A stretch of DNA of 61,372 nucleotides, the filler included, from Sphacelaria rigidula (Eukaryota), in the NCBI GenBank assembly GCA_964200075.2. It is 11 parts of 11 records of this genome, joined end to end, with 100 filler letters (N's around TTAATTAATTAA, not from the genome) between each part and the next. Parts side by side here need not be neighbours in the genome. Positions count along the whole stretch, not along the records: positions 22,357 to 27,845 come from CAXNAA020026915.1; positions 27,946 to 33,434 come from CAXNAA020026916.1; positions 33,535 to 39,022 come from CAXNAA020026917.1; 8 more parts are not named here. One strand, written 5' to 3'. The stretch's first letter is position 1, and every line of letters begins with the position of its first letter. Shown one piece after another: positions 24,951 through 37,085 of this stretch. The notes below the pieces were generated by a model. That model was not told the origin of the DNA. It saw only the letters and a program-made list of their open reading frames with translations, and made no database searches. The translations under genes and the position numbers were made by a program.

Positions 24951-26951
24951 CTCCCGTTCTCGTTCTGTATTATCTTTTTTTTTTCTTGTTTATCCTCCTT
25001 TGCTTTCTTTTTCATGGTACGCTCTTCTATTAATTAGTATGAATATGATGACATTTCTTTCCTGCGACATGGTTTCCAAGAAATCGACTGTTGCAGCACG
25101 GGGGCCACATTAGCGTCCGAATGCCTCCCCCTCCGGCTGGCGAGAGGGTCTCGTTGGAGGCTGCAGTTGGAGGCAGACGGTATGCGTGGTATGACTTCAT
25201 TTCCCCTCAAAGTGAGGTCGAGCTTGTGTGCGCAGCGGACGTGAAAAATACGCGCAGTGCGATGATACGTGAAGTAAACGATACAAGGGTCGGACGAATC
25301 AATGATTCGTCTGGAAAGTACTTGATTTTTGTGTGATTGACTCGTACCGTACCAATCAATCCTTTGGCTTTGTCTTCAGCGTTGCGGCCCAGGCACGCGC
25401 AGCCCAGGCACGTGGAGTGGCGCAAAAACTGCGTGAAGATCTTTTGGACCAGCGGTCATTTTTTTTCTCTTTGTTGAGCAATCAGGCCTGAAAAATCGTG
25501 GATTTGGTCATTCGAACCGGCGATGATTCGTCCGAACCGTGAAACGATAGAGCTATCGAAACATGAACAAGCGGCCAGTTGTTGTGCGAGCTTGAAAGGT
25601 TCGTGCATGCGGACGAGGGCAAAGTGAGTAATGGTTGAGAAGGTCGGGTGTCGGGACGAACAAGTATAGGTCAGCGCATGTTTTTACTTTTTTGGTTTAT
25701 GTAAGTCCTGCATCGGTGGAAATAAAGTGGAAGACACATGCAGGTAAATATGATGGATTCAAAAATGACTAGTTTATTGATTTGTGTATATTGACTGATC
25801 TGCTACAAATCCAGCCGATTATATGGGTCATTATCCATAGCATACATAAAACAATATAGCCGTTGACGGCAACTTGTCTCCGTCTCTCTCTATGTAGGTA
25901 CCAATCACCGGTGCGATATGTAGCAATATCCCGATATTGTTAGAGCTGGGTATTGCGATCACTACACACTAACAGCACTAGGTACTTGCAGTGCATCTCC
26001 GCTGGAAGAAGAGTAGCCACTCTTGGCAGTACTTTCCTATTCGCGTAGGTCCTCCTATAACGCCTCATTATTCAACGGAAACACATTTAATTGCACCCAA
26101 TTCAAACCGAATCGCATTTTTTGGTTTATTAATCGTGAAAAGCTATATCGTGGGAAGATGTGCCTCCGGGGGGGGGCGTCGCCGCCGACCTAAGGTATTG
26201 GTAGGATCCAGGATACAAAATACTGGCCGGCTGCGCCACTACCCAGTCCCACAACCGTGACTTCGCCACTCCCCTCTCCCCAATATTGTGGTCTCTATCA
26301 GGAGTAGGAACGGTGCTCCGTCCTGAAAGGGATGCGTGGTCAAACGGTCAAATGACTACGACAAGCAACAATTGAGTACGCCCCCGATATTGTGTTGTTA
26401 TTATCGCCGATCCGCTACACTAACGCAGCAAAACAAGCGGATTGACGAATTTTACTTGTGCTAACCGGGGAGAGATGGGTTGATCCCTTGAGACTGTTGG
26501 ACCACGGATTCGTCCCGAGGAAGGGCAGGGGTTCAAAGTGCGACGAATAACAATAACACAAAGTGCGACAACATAACAAATAATAACAATGCTGTAATAA
26601 TACATGTCGGAATAGCTGCCACGAGATGAATTAATTTCCATTCGGACGAAGAAATCTGAAAATATTACGCAGTAGTACGCCCGCGCTGGTGGAATTGTGT
26701 GCTTGTGCCACTCGTTATCACCATTATTATTTCCGCACATTAGTCCGATCAAGCGAACCCGTGCTCACAATACTCGTAGTGCGGCCTTTTCCCTCCCGAC
26801 CGCTGATTACATTGCTTCTCTAGGCTTGGCTTGTGGGTCGCTGCTCCACTAGTACATGCAGGAATGCCGTACGCGCTTGCCGCTCTCGACGCCACCGTGA
26901 TGGACACACCTACACCCCCGCCCCTACTGTTCACTGTGTTTGTGCCGACAG

Positions 26952-27076
26952 GCTCTGCTTGAGAAGTTTCTCACCCTGCACCCGGGAAAGCACGTTCTCC
27001 TGGACGGATTTCCACGATCCCTGGACAACGCAAGAGATTGGACCAAACTCTTCGGGCCGCCAGAAGCGTGCATCAG
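26952..27076 (+). CDS. Adenylate/UMP-CMP kinase family domain, exon C
   Basis: CAG acceptor; ALLEKFLTLHPGKHVLLDGFPRSLDNA contains the DGFPR signature; AG|GTAAAC donor. Confidence 0.92.
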
Positions 27077-27245
27077 GTAAACTCACTTACAGTACTCGGG
27101 ATTATTTCGCAGAGCAACACGGCCAGAATGTTAGCATGACCGGTGGATTTGAGGGGCTTCCCACGATGTCGTTGACCTTGAAAAAGTAAGCGGCACCTTT
27201 TCATGAAAATTAAGCCTAGTTGAAGGTTGGTCGTTTGTCAGTCGC

Positions 27246-27291
<46 letters not shown>

Positions 27292-28195
27292 TCCGTCACA
27301 TCAGGTCGGTCTTTCGATTTCGTGGTCACGGAGGGCAAGGAGAAAACTATGCCATCCATATGTACCCATGCTTTACCGTCCACTATCATTGGTAGTGTTT
27401 TAAGAAAAAACGAATATGTTGCCAATGCGGTTAGACTTGCGAAGCTTACGGCCGCTCATATTTGAGCAAGTGCGTGTGTATGTATTGGTAATTCTATAGT
27501 ATCTCACAACACCAAGCATGCTGAGCTAGTCTAATGTAACGTACCGGGGGGGTACACGTCGACAGAGTATGGGTCATTGTATAGTGTCTAAGAACACGAA
27601 GCATGCTGAGCTAGTCCGTTGTAACGTACAGTGGGAGTACATGTTGACAGTAATATTGTTGTAGTACACCCGGTACAGCACAATGCATGTTTGATTACCA
27701 CGGTTTGTAATTGGTATCGAAATATTTTTTGAGGTGCCAGCGGCTCGTTACAACACGTTGCGGTCACAAGAATAGGGTGGAGCAAATGGCAGTAGAGTGT
27801 GTGTTGTGTGTTGTCGTCCCATTTATTCTGGGCACCAGTCTACCCNNNNNNNNNNNNNNNNNNNNNNNNNNNNNNNNNNNNNNNNNNNNTTAATTAATTA
27901 ANNNNNNNNNNNNNNNNNNNNNNNNNNNNNNNNNNNNNNNNNNNNGGGGCGTGTGGGGGTGCGTTTCTTTTTGTGGGCAGCTTTTTGACTTTGGCCCTTT
28001 CACCCGCGTCCCGTTCGGGGCGGGGGGGGGGGGGGGGGGTGCTTGAATCAAGTGAACGAGCTTTGGAGCTTGACGCTTGTACATGTTCAGATATGCATAT
28101 GAACTTGAAGATTCTAGGTTCGAAATCGTCCAACAGCTCATTATAAATATTTGTTCATCGGGTGGCTGACTCCTCCACTCAAGTCGTTCATCACG

Positions 28196-28585
28196 AGCAA
28201 TGACTCATGTGCTCGAGTCATTTACTTCTCCACAATCAGCAATGACTCGAGTACTCGCGATATTAATTTTTTCCACAACGAGTAATTACTCGAGTGATCG
28301 CCCCTATTGTCTTTTTTCAACAATGACCAATGACTCGAGTACTCGCCCTACTATTTTTTTTCACAATGACCAATGACTCGAGTGCTCGCCCTGTTAATGT
28401 TTTACGCAATGACCAATGACTCGAGCACTCGCCCTATTAATTGTTTCCACAACGAGCAATGACTCGCGTGCTCGCCCTATTAATTTTTTACACAACAAGC
28501 AGTAGCTCGAGTGCTCGCCCTAACTTTTTACTCAATGAGCAATGACTCGAGTAATCGACCTCCAATAATTTTTACGGCCAACAAG
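28196..28585. repeat. ~43-bp minisatellite, about 9 units
   Basis: Unit approximately AGCAATGACTCGAGTRCTCGCCCTATTAATTTTTTCCACAAYG. Confidence 0.92.
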
Positions 28586-28695
28586 TAGCCCAACGAGTGC
28601 GAGTGCCACGAGTCATACTCGAGCTCGTCCGACGTGTGAGAAACTACGTCCTCAATTTCTATGATCGGCTGTTTGTTATTTCACGGACTACAACA

Positions 28696-29055
28696 CACAC
28701 GCGGCCATTCGGCTACCCCCTGCATAATCCTTCATCGCGATTTTCATCCTCTCGAGGGTATAGTGACCCTCCGCAGGATAAGAATACCCTCTAGAGGGTA
28801 TATCATACTCGGTTCCGGTCATGAAACGAATCCTCTGGAGGGCATCTGATGCTCCAGTGACTTCTGAGGTCTGAATCCCTCGAGAGTAGTAAAGAAGATG
28901 GCGCTGTGGAGGCGCGCGCATCCTCCAAATTCCTCCAGAGGGATACGCGACCCTCCAGAGGCAAAACCAGCCTCTGGAGGCGTTTAATTCCTCTGGAGGC
29001 TCGAAACATTGACCGGAACAGAGTATCTTGGGGGGTAGCCGAATGACCGCGTGTG
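28696..29055. mobile_element. MITE, CACACG...CGTGTG family, copy 3 (TSD CA)
   Basis: CA|CACACGCGGCCATTCGGCTAC...GTAGCCGAATGACCGCGTGTG|CA with CCTCYRGAGG subrepeats. Confidence 0.85.
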
Positions 29056-30081
29056 CACGGTTGTAGTACTCTGCATTGCAGCCACTGCAGTCAATCAAGC
29101 TTGAAGCTCTACAGGCGATCACTCTGGGCCCTGCGGTGTAATACAGCGGTACAGGCGTATGCACTACGGCAGGTAGGTGCGCACCAGCAGACGCGTTGCC
29201 CAACTGATTGCTCAACCAGCGAGCACCTTCTTATGCACCGACAGTGGTCATCTTCCGATCATGTACACTGCAGTGCATTAATTATTGTACAATCCCTGTA
29301 GTACGGCACTGCACACGGATACGTAGTGACTATTGTACCGTGTTCTCTTGGGGAGGGTGTACTCATGATCATGCATGCCATAGTCATAAGACCATTGTCT
29401 CTTGGGGAAGGGGGGGGGGGGAAGGTAGAGAGGGCGGGAGTATCCTTGCATCAAGGGGCTGATGAGTCTGGGACCAGTTTCTTAATTCTCAGGGCTGCAG
29501 TGTCATAACAGATTTCTTATCCGCCGAGTCTCTTGCATAGTTCAGTTTCTTATCCTTATTTTCGATCCAATCTGAGCAAAACTTGTTCGTGTCATTTTCT
29601 TAAAATCCGATTTTGTTTAGCCTCGATTTCTTAACTGGTTAAATCTCAAGTGCTGTCGCCACCTGTATATGGTATTTGATGTAATCATGTACGTTATATA
29701 TTGTATCACCCCTTGGATGACCAGTAGACACAGAGAACGCGTGACAGTTTTTGCAGCACTTGCCGTTGTCGACGTCACCAACATGTTGTGGGGAGCGTCC
29801 GACGGGGGAAAGATATGTGTCTGGTCACAAAAAAGAATACGAACGTTGAAAAAAACAGTTTGCGCTCAACCTTCACTCAGGGTTGTGTCTAGACGAAAAA
29901 CAAATTACCGTCACGACTCTCCCTCAAGCAGTGCTTATCGTTCAGCAACTCCTGGGAAACATATCGAGGCCCGTCGGATCTAATGATGATCTGTATTCTC
30001 ACTGTATGGGAGCAGAAAACGTATTCTAGGGATGTGAGTGAAGGCAGATACTCCGGGGGTGTTATCCTGCGTGTATGGCTC

Positions 30082-30195
30082 GGGGGTGGGAGTGCACTCA
30101 TGATCTCGCATGCCGCAGTCATACTGTATGAACGTTGGCCTCGCATCCCTACAAAGCCGGGACGGAGCATGCCGGGTTCTCGCCGCGGACCAGGC
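30082..30195 (-). mobile_element. ~100-bp SINE-like element sharing the LINE 3' end (other copies ~16786-16830, 22357-22412, 29353-29400, 44543-44610, 50880-50980, 55716-55785)
   Basis: Consensus by eye CCTGGTCCGGCGAGAACCCGGCGTGCTCCGTCCCGGCTTTGTAGGGATGCGAGGTCAATGGTCTGATGACTATGGCATGCATGATCATGAGTACACCCCC. Confidence 0.75.
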
Positions 30196-33080
30196 TCGCA
30201 ATCAATCACCAAGCGCAAAGCGCCGTGGGATGAATTCGGCGAGAGTCGCATGACGGGTGAGATACATCCTGCTAAAACAATTTTTCGGCTCGAAAGGGTA
30301 CTTTTTATTTTCTTGCATGTAGATGATAGAGCCTCGAATGAGTTGCTTCATTTTCTGGTATTTCCACTTCCGGGGACGGCCACGGCTTACACACCGCCTC
30401 GTGGGTGCCTCACCATCGAGCGGGGGAATATGCAGGGGGTAGGTTGTGTGTGCTGTTCCGGTCAATGTGGCAATCGTTGGATCCGATGGGAAAACAGCCC
30501 TACGGGAGCAGTAAACCAGTGATATCTCCGGCAATATGGCTTTTCAACGTCACAGCTGTAACTCCAGTTTGCAGTGTGAGACATGTGCAACGGTGTGATA
30601 AGTGCACACCTGTAGCTTGAGATCCGAGAGAAGTGCGCCGCTTTTTTTGGCCTGACGCAGAAGTATACCATCCATCACCCCCAGCAGTACTTGCCATTAC
30701 TGCACGTGGCCATCGCTCGAGGCCACAAAACGATTCAGCAAAAAAAAAAAAAAAAAGGTGATAAAAAAGAAGGGTAAGGGAAGGCGAACGGCTTGCGGGG
30801 AGCCGGCCATTGCGGCTGCGGCGTTTTTGCGTCCGTCCATATTCCGACCATGTGCACTACTGCTGTTGCCATGAGCTACAATAGATCGGCGTTGAGATGA
30901 CAACCTGAGAAACCGAAACACCCTCACTACTGTCTATGAAAGCTATGTGACGCAGGGATCACGGAGATGGAGACATACTGAGCGTTCCAACAGCTCTGGC
31001 GACGATGTGTAAAAGTGGTGTCTAAGGCTGGTACGGTATTTACTGGGGAGGGGAGGCATACTTTTGTTGCTTGCCTCAGTTGTTTGACTACCGACCCCGC
31101 GTCCCTTTCGAGACGGAGCAGGGTGGGGGGGGTCGGAGTTGGCTACACTGCTGCCGACAGATCGCTCGCCATCGCTGCTCGTAGGCACAGCTCACTCTGC
31201 GTGCGAAAGGGTCTGCTAGTTACGACTCGCCGCTAGGAAACACTGCATCGTAAACCGCTTCCCGTATATGCCTAGTCACGCGTGGGTGTGCGCGTGGAGA
31301 GTGATCGGTCGATGCTTGCTTGATATTTGGTGCCAAATCTCAGCGCAACACAAAAGAGCACGTTTGCAACATGAGCTGAATAAGACTGTGTCCAGGCTCC
31401 CAGCCACGGGCTACTTCCATGGATTATGATGAAAAGAAACACGCCGAGTGTCAGATGGCATTTCCCGCGCACCCAATCGACGCCATTTTTTGCTGGACAT
31501 GTGTACAGGGAGCTGAGCACCGGTAAATGCTACCCTCGTCAGCAGTGAACGATGGATTAATGGTAGGAAAATGCAAGGTTGTGTTCTGTAGAGTACGATG
31601 TTTAGTTCACCCGGGGTCTGTACCCGGATATTACCCGTACCCGATAGTTCTGTGAGTTCTGTAAGTCTCTCATATATCGGTACCCGACAATTCTGTAAGT
31701 ACTGTAAGAAAACATCATAGTCTCACTGGACACACCCGTACCCTACAGCACACAACCTCGGAAACATGGGTGCGAGGCTGTTCCATCTACTGTTTTATTT
31801 TTCAAATTTTGTCGCTGCCATCGTTTTCTTGTACGGTCGAGTGTAAGGTCGTGTGTTCATGGGAAGGAAAAGCAGTCTCCGAAAAACGTCTCGCGATTTG
31901 ATTGGTCGCAGCGACACCACTCCTGTACCTTCCCGCGGATAAAGACGAGTTTCGGGACTAGTTTCGTGCTTGCCAGGTGCTTTACAGACGTTCTTTTTTC
32001 CTTTCGAACCTTCTGGAGAAGCTACTTCGCTTGAAAATGAACATGGCATAGTGACCAGAAGGCGACGGGCAGGACCTGACGCAGGCGTACGGTATTGAGC
32101 GTGATGTGTTCTGGTGTGAAAGTCATTTCATGTAGCTGTGTGCCATGCTTCAATCGATCTTCCTATTGTCTGGTCGTGGTCCACCATTCCAAGAATTGTG
32201 CTGTGAAGCGGTAAATACGACACCACAGCAAACACACAACACACACACACGTGGACCCCAAGTTCGCGCACGCGCGGAGCTGTTGATTGATTTCTCTTCA
32301 ACAGTTTCATTTCCAGGGACGAAATTCGATGGCATTTTCCATTTTCCCAGAACGTGGACTATTTGCGTGATCAAACGGCTCTTGCTCGATTGCCGAAACC
32401 AAAACGATTTTGAAGAGAAATTGAGGTCAAATTATGTGTTTTTCCGTCTCCGGAAGGGAACGGGGGAGGGGGGGAGGGGGGGCTCACCAGCCAGTGGGGG
32501 TAGTTGGTACGACACCGCTGCGTTGACTTATCCGACAACGCTGGCGGAACTGTCAGCAGCTGCGCTACCAGCTATTCCGTGTTGAGTTCTCCAGGCGCAA
32601 CGTCGCTTTCGAGTTGCTTTTGCCAGCTGACAGCCCTGGCAAAAATGAGAAGAGGAAGGGGGGATGTGAGGCACACAGAAATCGATATATATATCACGGA
32701 GAATGTTCTTGCTATTAGGCACCGTTCTCGTTACCGCGCGAATCGAGCGAGAGTTTGTAACGCATTTCCAGATTCGCATTTGCCCGGTTCTCCGGCGCAG
32801 CAGCCGACGTTTGTGTGAAGGAAAAGACTTCGTGCGTACTGTTGACAGAGCGCAGCCAAGAGCAGAGATTGTGCAACAGTGCAGTACAGACCGCCGTATA
32901 CTATGGGTGCCGTGTAGGTTAATACAGTAGCTGGTACGGAGGCGTGCGCTGGTGACTGGTATACTGCAGGACAGTGCTTAACTTGCATACTGCGTCAGAC
33001 TGACTGGAGACAAGCTGTCGAGTGCTTTCTTCTTCACCTCCAACGTCGAAGAAGACCTTGACAACAACAACGACAAAAAA

Positions 33081-33222
33081 CACACCCCGGACAATAGAAT
33101 ACATAGTCAAAAAGTGCACTGCGTACAACACTATCGACTGTTGCGCCCATTGCATCAGACCAATAGATTCCATACTGTACGCAGGACATTTTTTGACAGT
33201 AGACTCTTTTGTCCAGGGTGTG
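33081..33222. mobile_element. ~140-bp MITE, CACACCCYGGACAA family, copy 1
   Basis: TIRs CACACCCCGGACAA / TTGTCCAGGGTGTG; homologue at 54476-54611. Confidence 0.85.
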
Positions 33223-33372
33223 CAAAATAGACCGCGAACTACCCGCGGTGAGACAAGACCACACGAGGAGAGTCAAAGCAATTGCGTACAAACGCGGCTG
33301 CAGTACCGGTGATTCAAGGGCAAATGCACGCGACACTCGTCATATTTTTACCACTGATTGATGCGTGCATGC

Positions 33373-33434
33373 ATGTATGAATGTATGTATGTATGTATGT
33401 ATGTATGTATGTATGTATGTATGTATGTATGTAT
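33373..33434. repeat. (ATGT)n microsatellite at contig end
   Basis: Direct reading of the sequence. Confidence 0.95.
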
Positions 33435-34301
33435 NNNNNNNNNNNNNNNNNNNNNNNNNNNNNNNNNNNNNNNNNNNNTTAATTAATTAANNNNNNNNNN
33501 NNNNNNNNNNNNNNNNNNNNNNNNNNNNNNNNNNCGAAGTAGATTTAGGGAGGTCGGGAGGGATGGGGGATCCATAAGAAAGTCATTTGTCTTGAATTCA
33601 GGTCAGGGAAAGTACGGCTTTCGAGCTGAACCTCATTTGTTTTTCAACCCCATTTTCGAGAATCGGCTGTTAATGGCGCATTACTTCCATGTAAAAGACC
33701 TCATCCCTCCCGACCTCCTCGAAACTATTTCGGGGGATTTCCAGCCTTCCGTTCTCCCCAAAGGTTGTGTGCGAAAGCACATTTTTGGCTGGGTTTTGGG
33801 GTGAAAAAAAGGACGCATTTTGGCCGAATAATCGTGCTTCCACCCATACTCTTCGGGGATAAGGGAAGGCCCGAAATAGTTTCAGGGGGGTCGGGAGGGA
33901 AGAGGCCGTTCATATGAGTGTCACTTGACATGACTCCAGATCAGGAAAACGCGGTTGTGGAGTTGAACCTCATCTTTTCGTTCACCCCATTTCTCAGGAG
34001 CTTCTGTTTTACGCAGCCTAGACACGGGTTGAAGCTCTCAAGCAAGGCAACATCTCATCGACACAGACTAGTTGGGCCGTGATCCGCACATCGTTTTCGT
34101 CGTTCAGTCAAGGGGAAGATGCCCTTCTGCTCACACTTGTGCCTTATTTTTCTCGTTTAGTAAACACCGTGTCTATTAATTCCTGTACCATGTAGACCCT
34201 ATGTCCGTATATATGAAACCCCCAGTAATATATACAGCGGATGGTGACGATCTTTGGTGTGGACCTTCCCTGGAGCACGGGAAAACGGTCGATATCCTCA
34301 C

Positions 34302-34504
34302 TGTAAGGCGTTGCAGGACCGCGTACGTTTTTGACCGCTTCGGCGTTTGAACATTCCTTTTGTTGGGGTGAGAGTTAAGGTTGATGTTAGGGTTAGGGTC
34401 AGGGGCGCGGTCTCTCCAGGGACTTCGCTGAGCGGTCTTGGAAAATGTCCATCTCGAGGTGTTCCGATTCCGATGCGCTCCAAAATGTACGCGGTCCTCC
34501 ATCA
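34302..34504 (+). mobile_element. TGT...ACA MITE with telomere-like core, copy 1 (TSD CTCAC)
   Basis: Degenerate TIRs, internal GTTAGGGTTAGGGTCAGG, CTCAC on both sides; splits an older repeat homologous to ~11890-12000. Confidence 0.78.
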
Positions 34505-34687
34505 CTCACCTTCACCTAAACCATGATACATCTCGAGATCTGGCGCACAAAAGGTTCACTATCAGGACCAATATATTACAAGGAACTCACTGAAAACACT
34601 GTGGTATGTATTTCTCGTCTCAGTTGTCGAGATTTGTGCGTTGAACTTCGGTCTGAATAATCGCTAGGGCAGAGTAAACAAAACATC

Positions 34688-34898
34688 TTTAACGCGTGAG
34701 CGGACCGAGTGCTACGAGGACCGCATCGAAATTTAGACATCCCTATGGTTAGGATTAGGGTTAGGGTTAGTTTTGGGGTTAGAGTCAGGGGCGTGGTACC
34801 TGCAGAGACTGGCCCGATTGGTTTCGTAAAACGTCGACCCTGAGGTGTTTCGAACCACGGCGCGGTCCTCTGAGGACGCGGTCCTCTCACGCATTACA
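34688..34898 (+). mobile_element. TGT...ACA MITE with telomere-like core, copy 2
   Basis: Ends GCGGTCCTCTCACGCATTACA; core GGTTAGGATTAGGGTTAGGGTTAG. Confidence 0.85.
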
Positions 34899-35367
34899 AA
34901 CTCCCCGCCTCTCTTTTTCATTTTTCATTCGTTCATTGGGGTCGTTTTCAGGAATCATGAGTGATGCTACGATAGAAGTGCACTTGTCAGTCAACACGCC
35001 TTCTCACGCTGCACACTAAGGCCCAGATATTAGTTACCGAGGGGCCTTGGCAGCAAAGAGCTCCAGGATAAAATGTGCCCTTCTACTGTGGCATTGCTCA
35101 AATGGATACTGTTCTTGGCACATATCAATTTTTTCCAGATCAATTCCAAGAAGTGAAATCGATAACTTAGCGTTGAGAATCGCGATGGTATGCCAAAAAT
35201 ATACAAAAAACGGCCTGTTTTTTCCGTTTTGGAGAGCTATACTTGAACATCCCTGATTTATGGAGAATAGAGATCAACCAGTCCTATTTTTCGGTTCAAT
35301 ATGGCCTCGCGAGGTCCCGCACAGCATTTCAGGACACGAGGACCAAACCTGGGCCGGTGTGTGCCCT

Positions 35368-35794
35368 TGTAATGCGGGAGAGAACCGCGTGCTCAGGGAA
35401 CCGCATCGTAGGTCAAAGCACCTCAGGATCGACGTTGTAATGCGTGAGGGAACCGCATGCTAAGAGGACCGCATCGGACTTTGAACATTCCCATGCTTAG
35501 GGTTAGGGTTAGGTTTAGGGTTGGGGTTAGGGTCAGGAGCGTAGTCCTTGCAGGGACTGGCCCGATTGGTTTCGAAAAACGTCGATCCGGAGGTGCTTTG
35601 AACTATGATGCGGTCCTCCAAGCACGCGGTCCTCTCACGCTTTGCAGGCGTTTTGCAACACCAATCGGCGCAGTCCCTGCAGGGACTACGCCCCCGATCC
35701 TAATCCCAACACTAACACTAACCCTAACCCTACTCATAACGGTGTTCAAACTCCGATGCACCTTCCTAAGCGCGGGACCCTCCCACGCATTGCA
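35368..35794. mobile_element. Nested pair of TGT...ACA MITEs: outer copy in reverse orientation (TSD GCCCT/GTCCT) containing inner copy 35436-35646 (TSD GACGT/GGCGT)
   Basis: The outer sequence resumes exactly after the inner copy; the inner core reads (TTAGGG)n and the outer core (CCCTAA)n. Confidence 0.88.
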
Positions 35795-36874
35795 GTCCTG
35801 CAAAATGCTGTTCCAAATTTCATAATGGCCCGGTTTCTAGATTGCCTAACCTTACCTGAATTTTGGGAGTTGAACTTTCAAATTTGGTACGGAGAATGAC
35901 GCATATCGATCAAGAAACACCCGGTCCAATATATGTTTCCTCTTCACATGAATTGAAGATGGTCATCAGTTTTTAGTTTTCAACAAAATGGCCGTCAACT
36001 CATGAAGAGAAAAAGAAATGTCCCGAATTATTTCTATTTTATATGCTCTAATCATCATCCGTACCAATTTTCAAAGTCCAACTCTCACAATAAGGTGAGG
36101 CGAGGCCTGCGAACTAGAAGGTCGCGTCCAGGCTGGACTAGCTCCTATATTGTCCAGCTGCGCCAAATGACATTTTTGCAGAAAGTGTAGGTCAAATTGC
36201 GAGACTCGAACACAATGCATCTTTGCGTACCTTTGACAGCATCCATGAACTTCATTTCGGTGAGCACATAGGCCCCTAAGTCTTCCCGCAAGCTGGTGTC
36301 CACGATTGTCGAGATTGTCGAATCTAGTTCCTTGTAGACCATCTTGGACGCCGTGTTCCAAGCTTCGTGTAGTTGTCCGACTTGCCGCATCGGCAATTTC
36401 CCATAAAGGCAAGCGACCTGTAGGGCAAGTATACTTCAGTGAGAACAATTTTATTAGCATCACTTTGTTGATATCAATAGCTGGTGATACAACCATAGCT
36501 GGTGATACAACCAAAGTCATGAGGCTAGCCCATGGGAGTCTTCATAAAGTTCATTCGTATAGTGGTGCCAGCGTGGGTTTTGTATTGATGAACTGTGACC
36601 AAAACATGACGTCGTATTCACACTACTGATAGCACGCAAACTCCTACTTGCACCTTGGCTAATATCTCGTACCTTCAACTGTCGGAAACCGAGCTGGTTG
36701 CGACATCTACTACTGCCCTACCTCCCCTGCACAAATGTGCCCTGAACGCAACAAGGTTTGGGTACCTCGCGAAACTGTGGTTCGTCTAACGCCACCCTGA
36801 AACCTTTCCCACGGACGACTTCAAACATACAAATACGTTTTCGCCACCAAACCTACAGCAAGTTTGCTTAACAT

Positions 36875-37085
36875 CATAATGCGTGAGAGTGCCGCGTGCT
36901 TAGGGGGCCGCATCGGAATTTAAACACCCCTATGGTTAGGGTAAGGGTTAGTGTTAGTGTTGGGGCTAGGGTCAGGGACGTGGTCCCTGCAGGGACTGGC
37001 CCGATTGGTCTTGAAAAACATCGATCCTGAGGTGTCTCGAACTATGATGCAGTCCTCTAGGCACGCGATCCTCCCACCCATTACA
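36875..37085 (+). mobile_element. TGT...ACA MITE with telomere-like core, copy 5 (5'-truncated copy 6 at ~37855-38013)
   Basis: TAATGCGTGAGAGTGCCGCGTGCT...GCACGCGATCCTCCCACCCATTACA with a GGTTAGGGTAAGGGTTAG core. Confidence 0.85.

Noticed and set aside
24745..25113. Hydrophobic ORFs (FILCY repeats)
   Set aside because: Translation of an intronic AT-rich microsatellite.
28196..28585. CRISPR-like array (palindromic repeat plus variable spacer)
   Set aside because: The variable parts are short and homologous to each other, the repeats are degenerate, there are no cas genes, and the context is eukaryotic; it is a minisatellite.
32483..32640. Candidate minus-strand exon with good acceptor and GTGAG donor
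   Set aside because: Stops in all three frames; no support as a coding exon (a non-coding or terminal exon cannot be excluded).
35496..35735. True telomere or telomere-telomere fusion
   Set aside because: The TTAGGG/CCCTAA tracts are short, degenerate and internal to TIR-bounded elements with TSDs.
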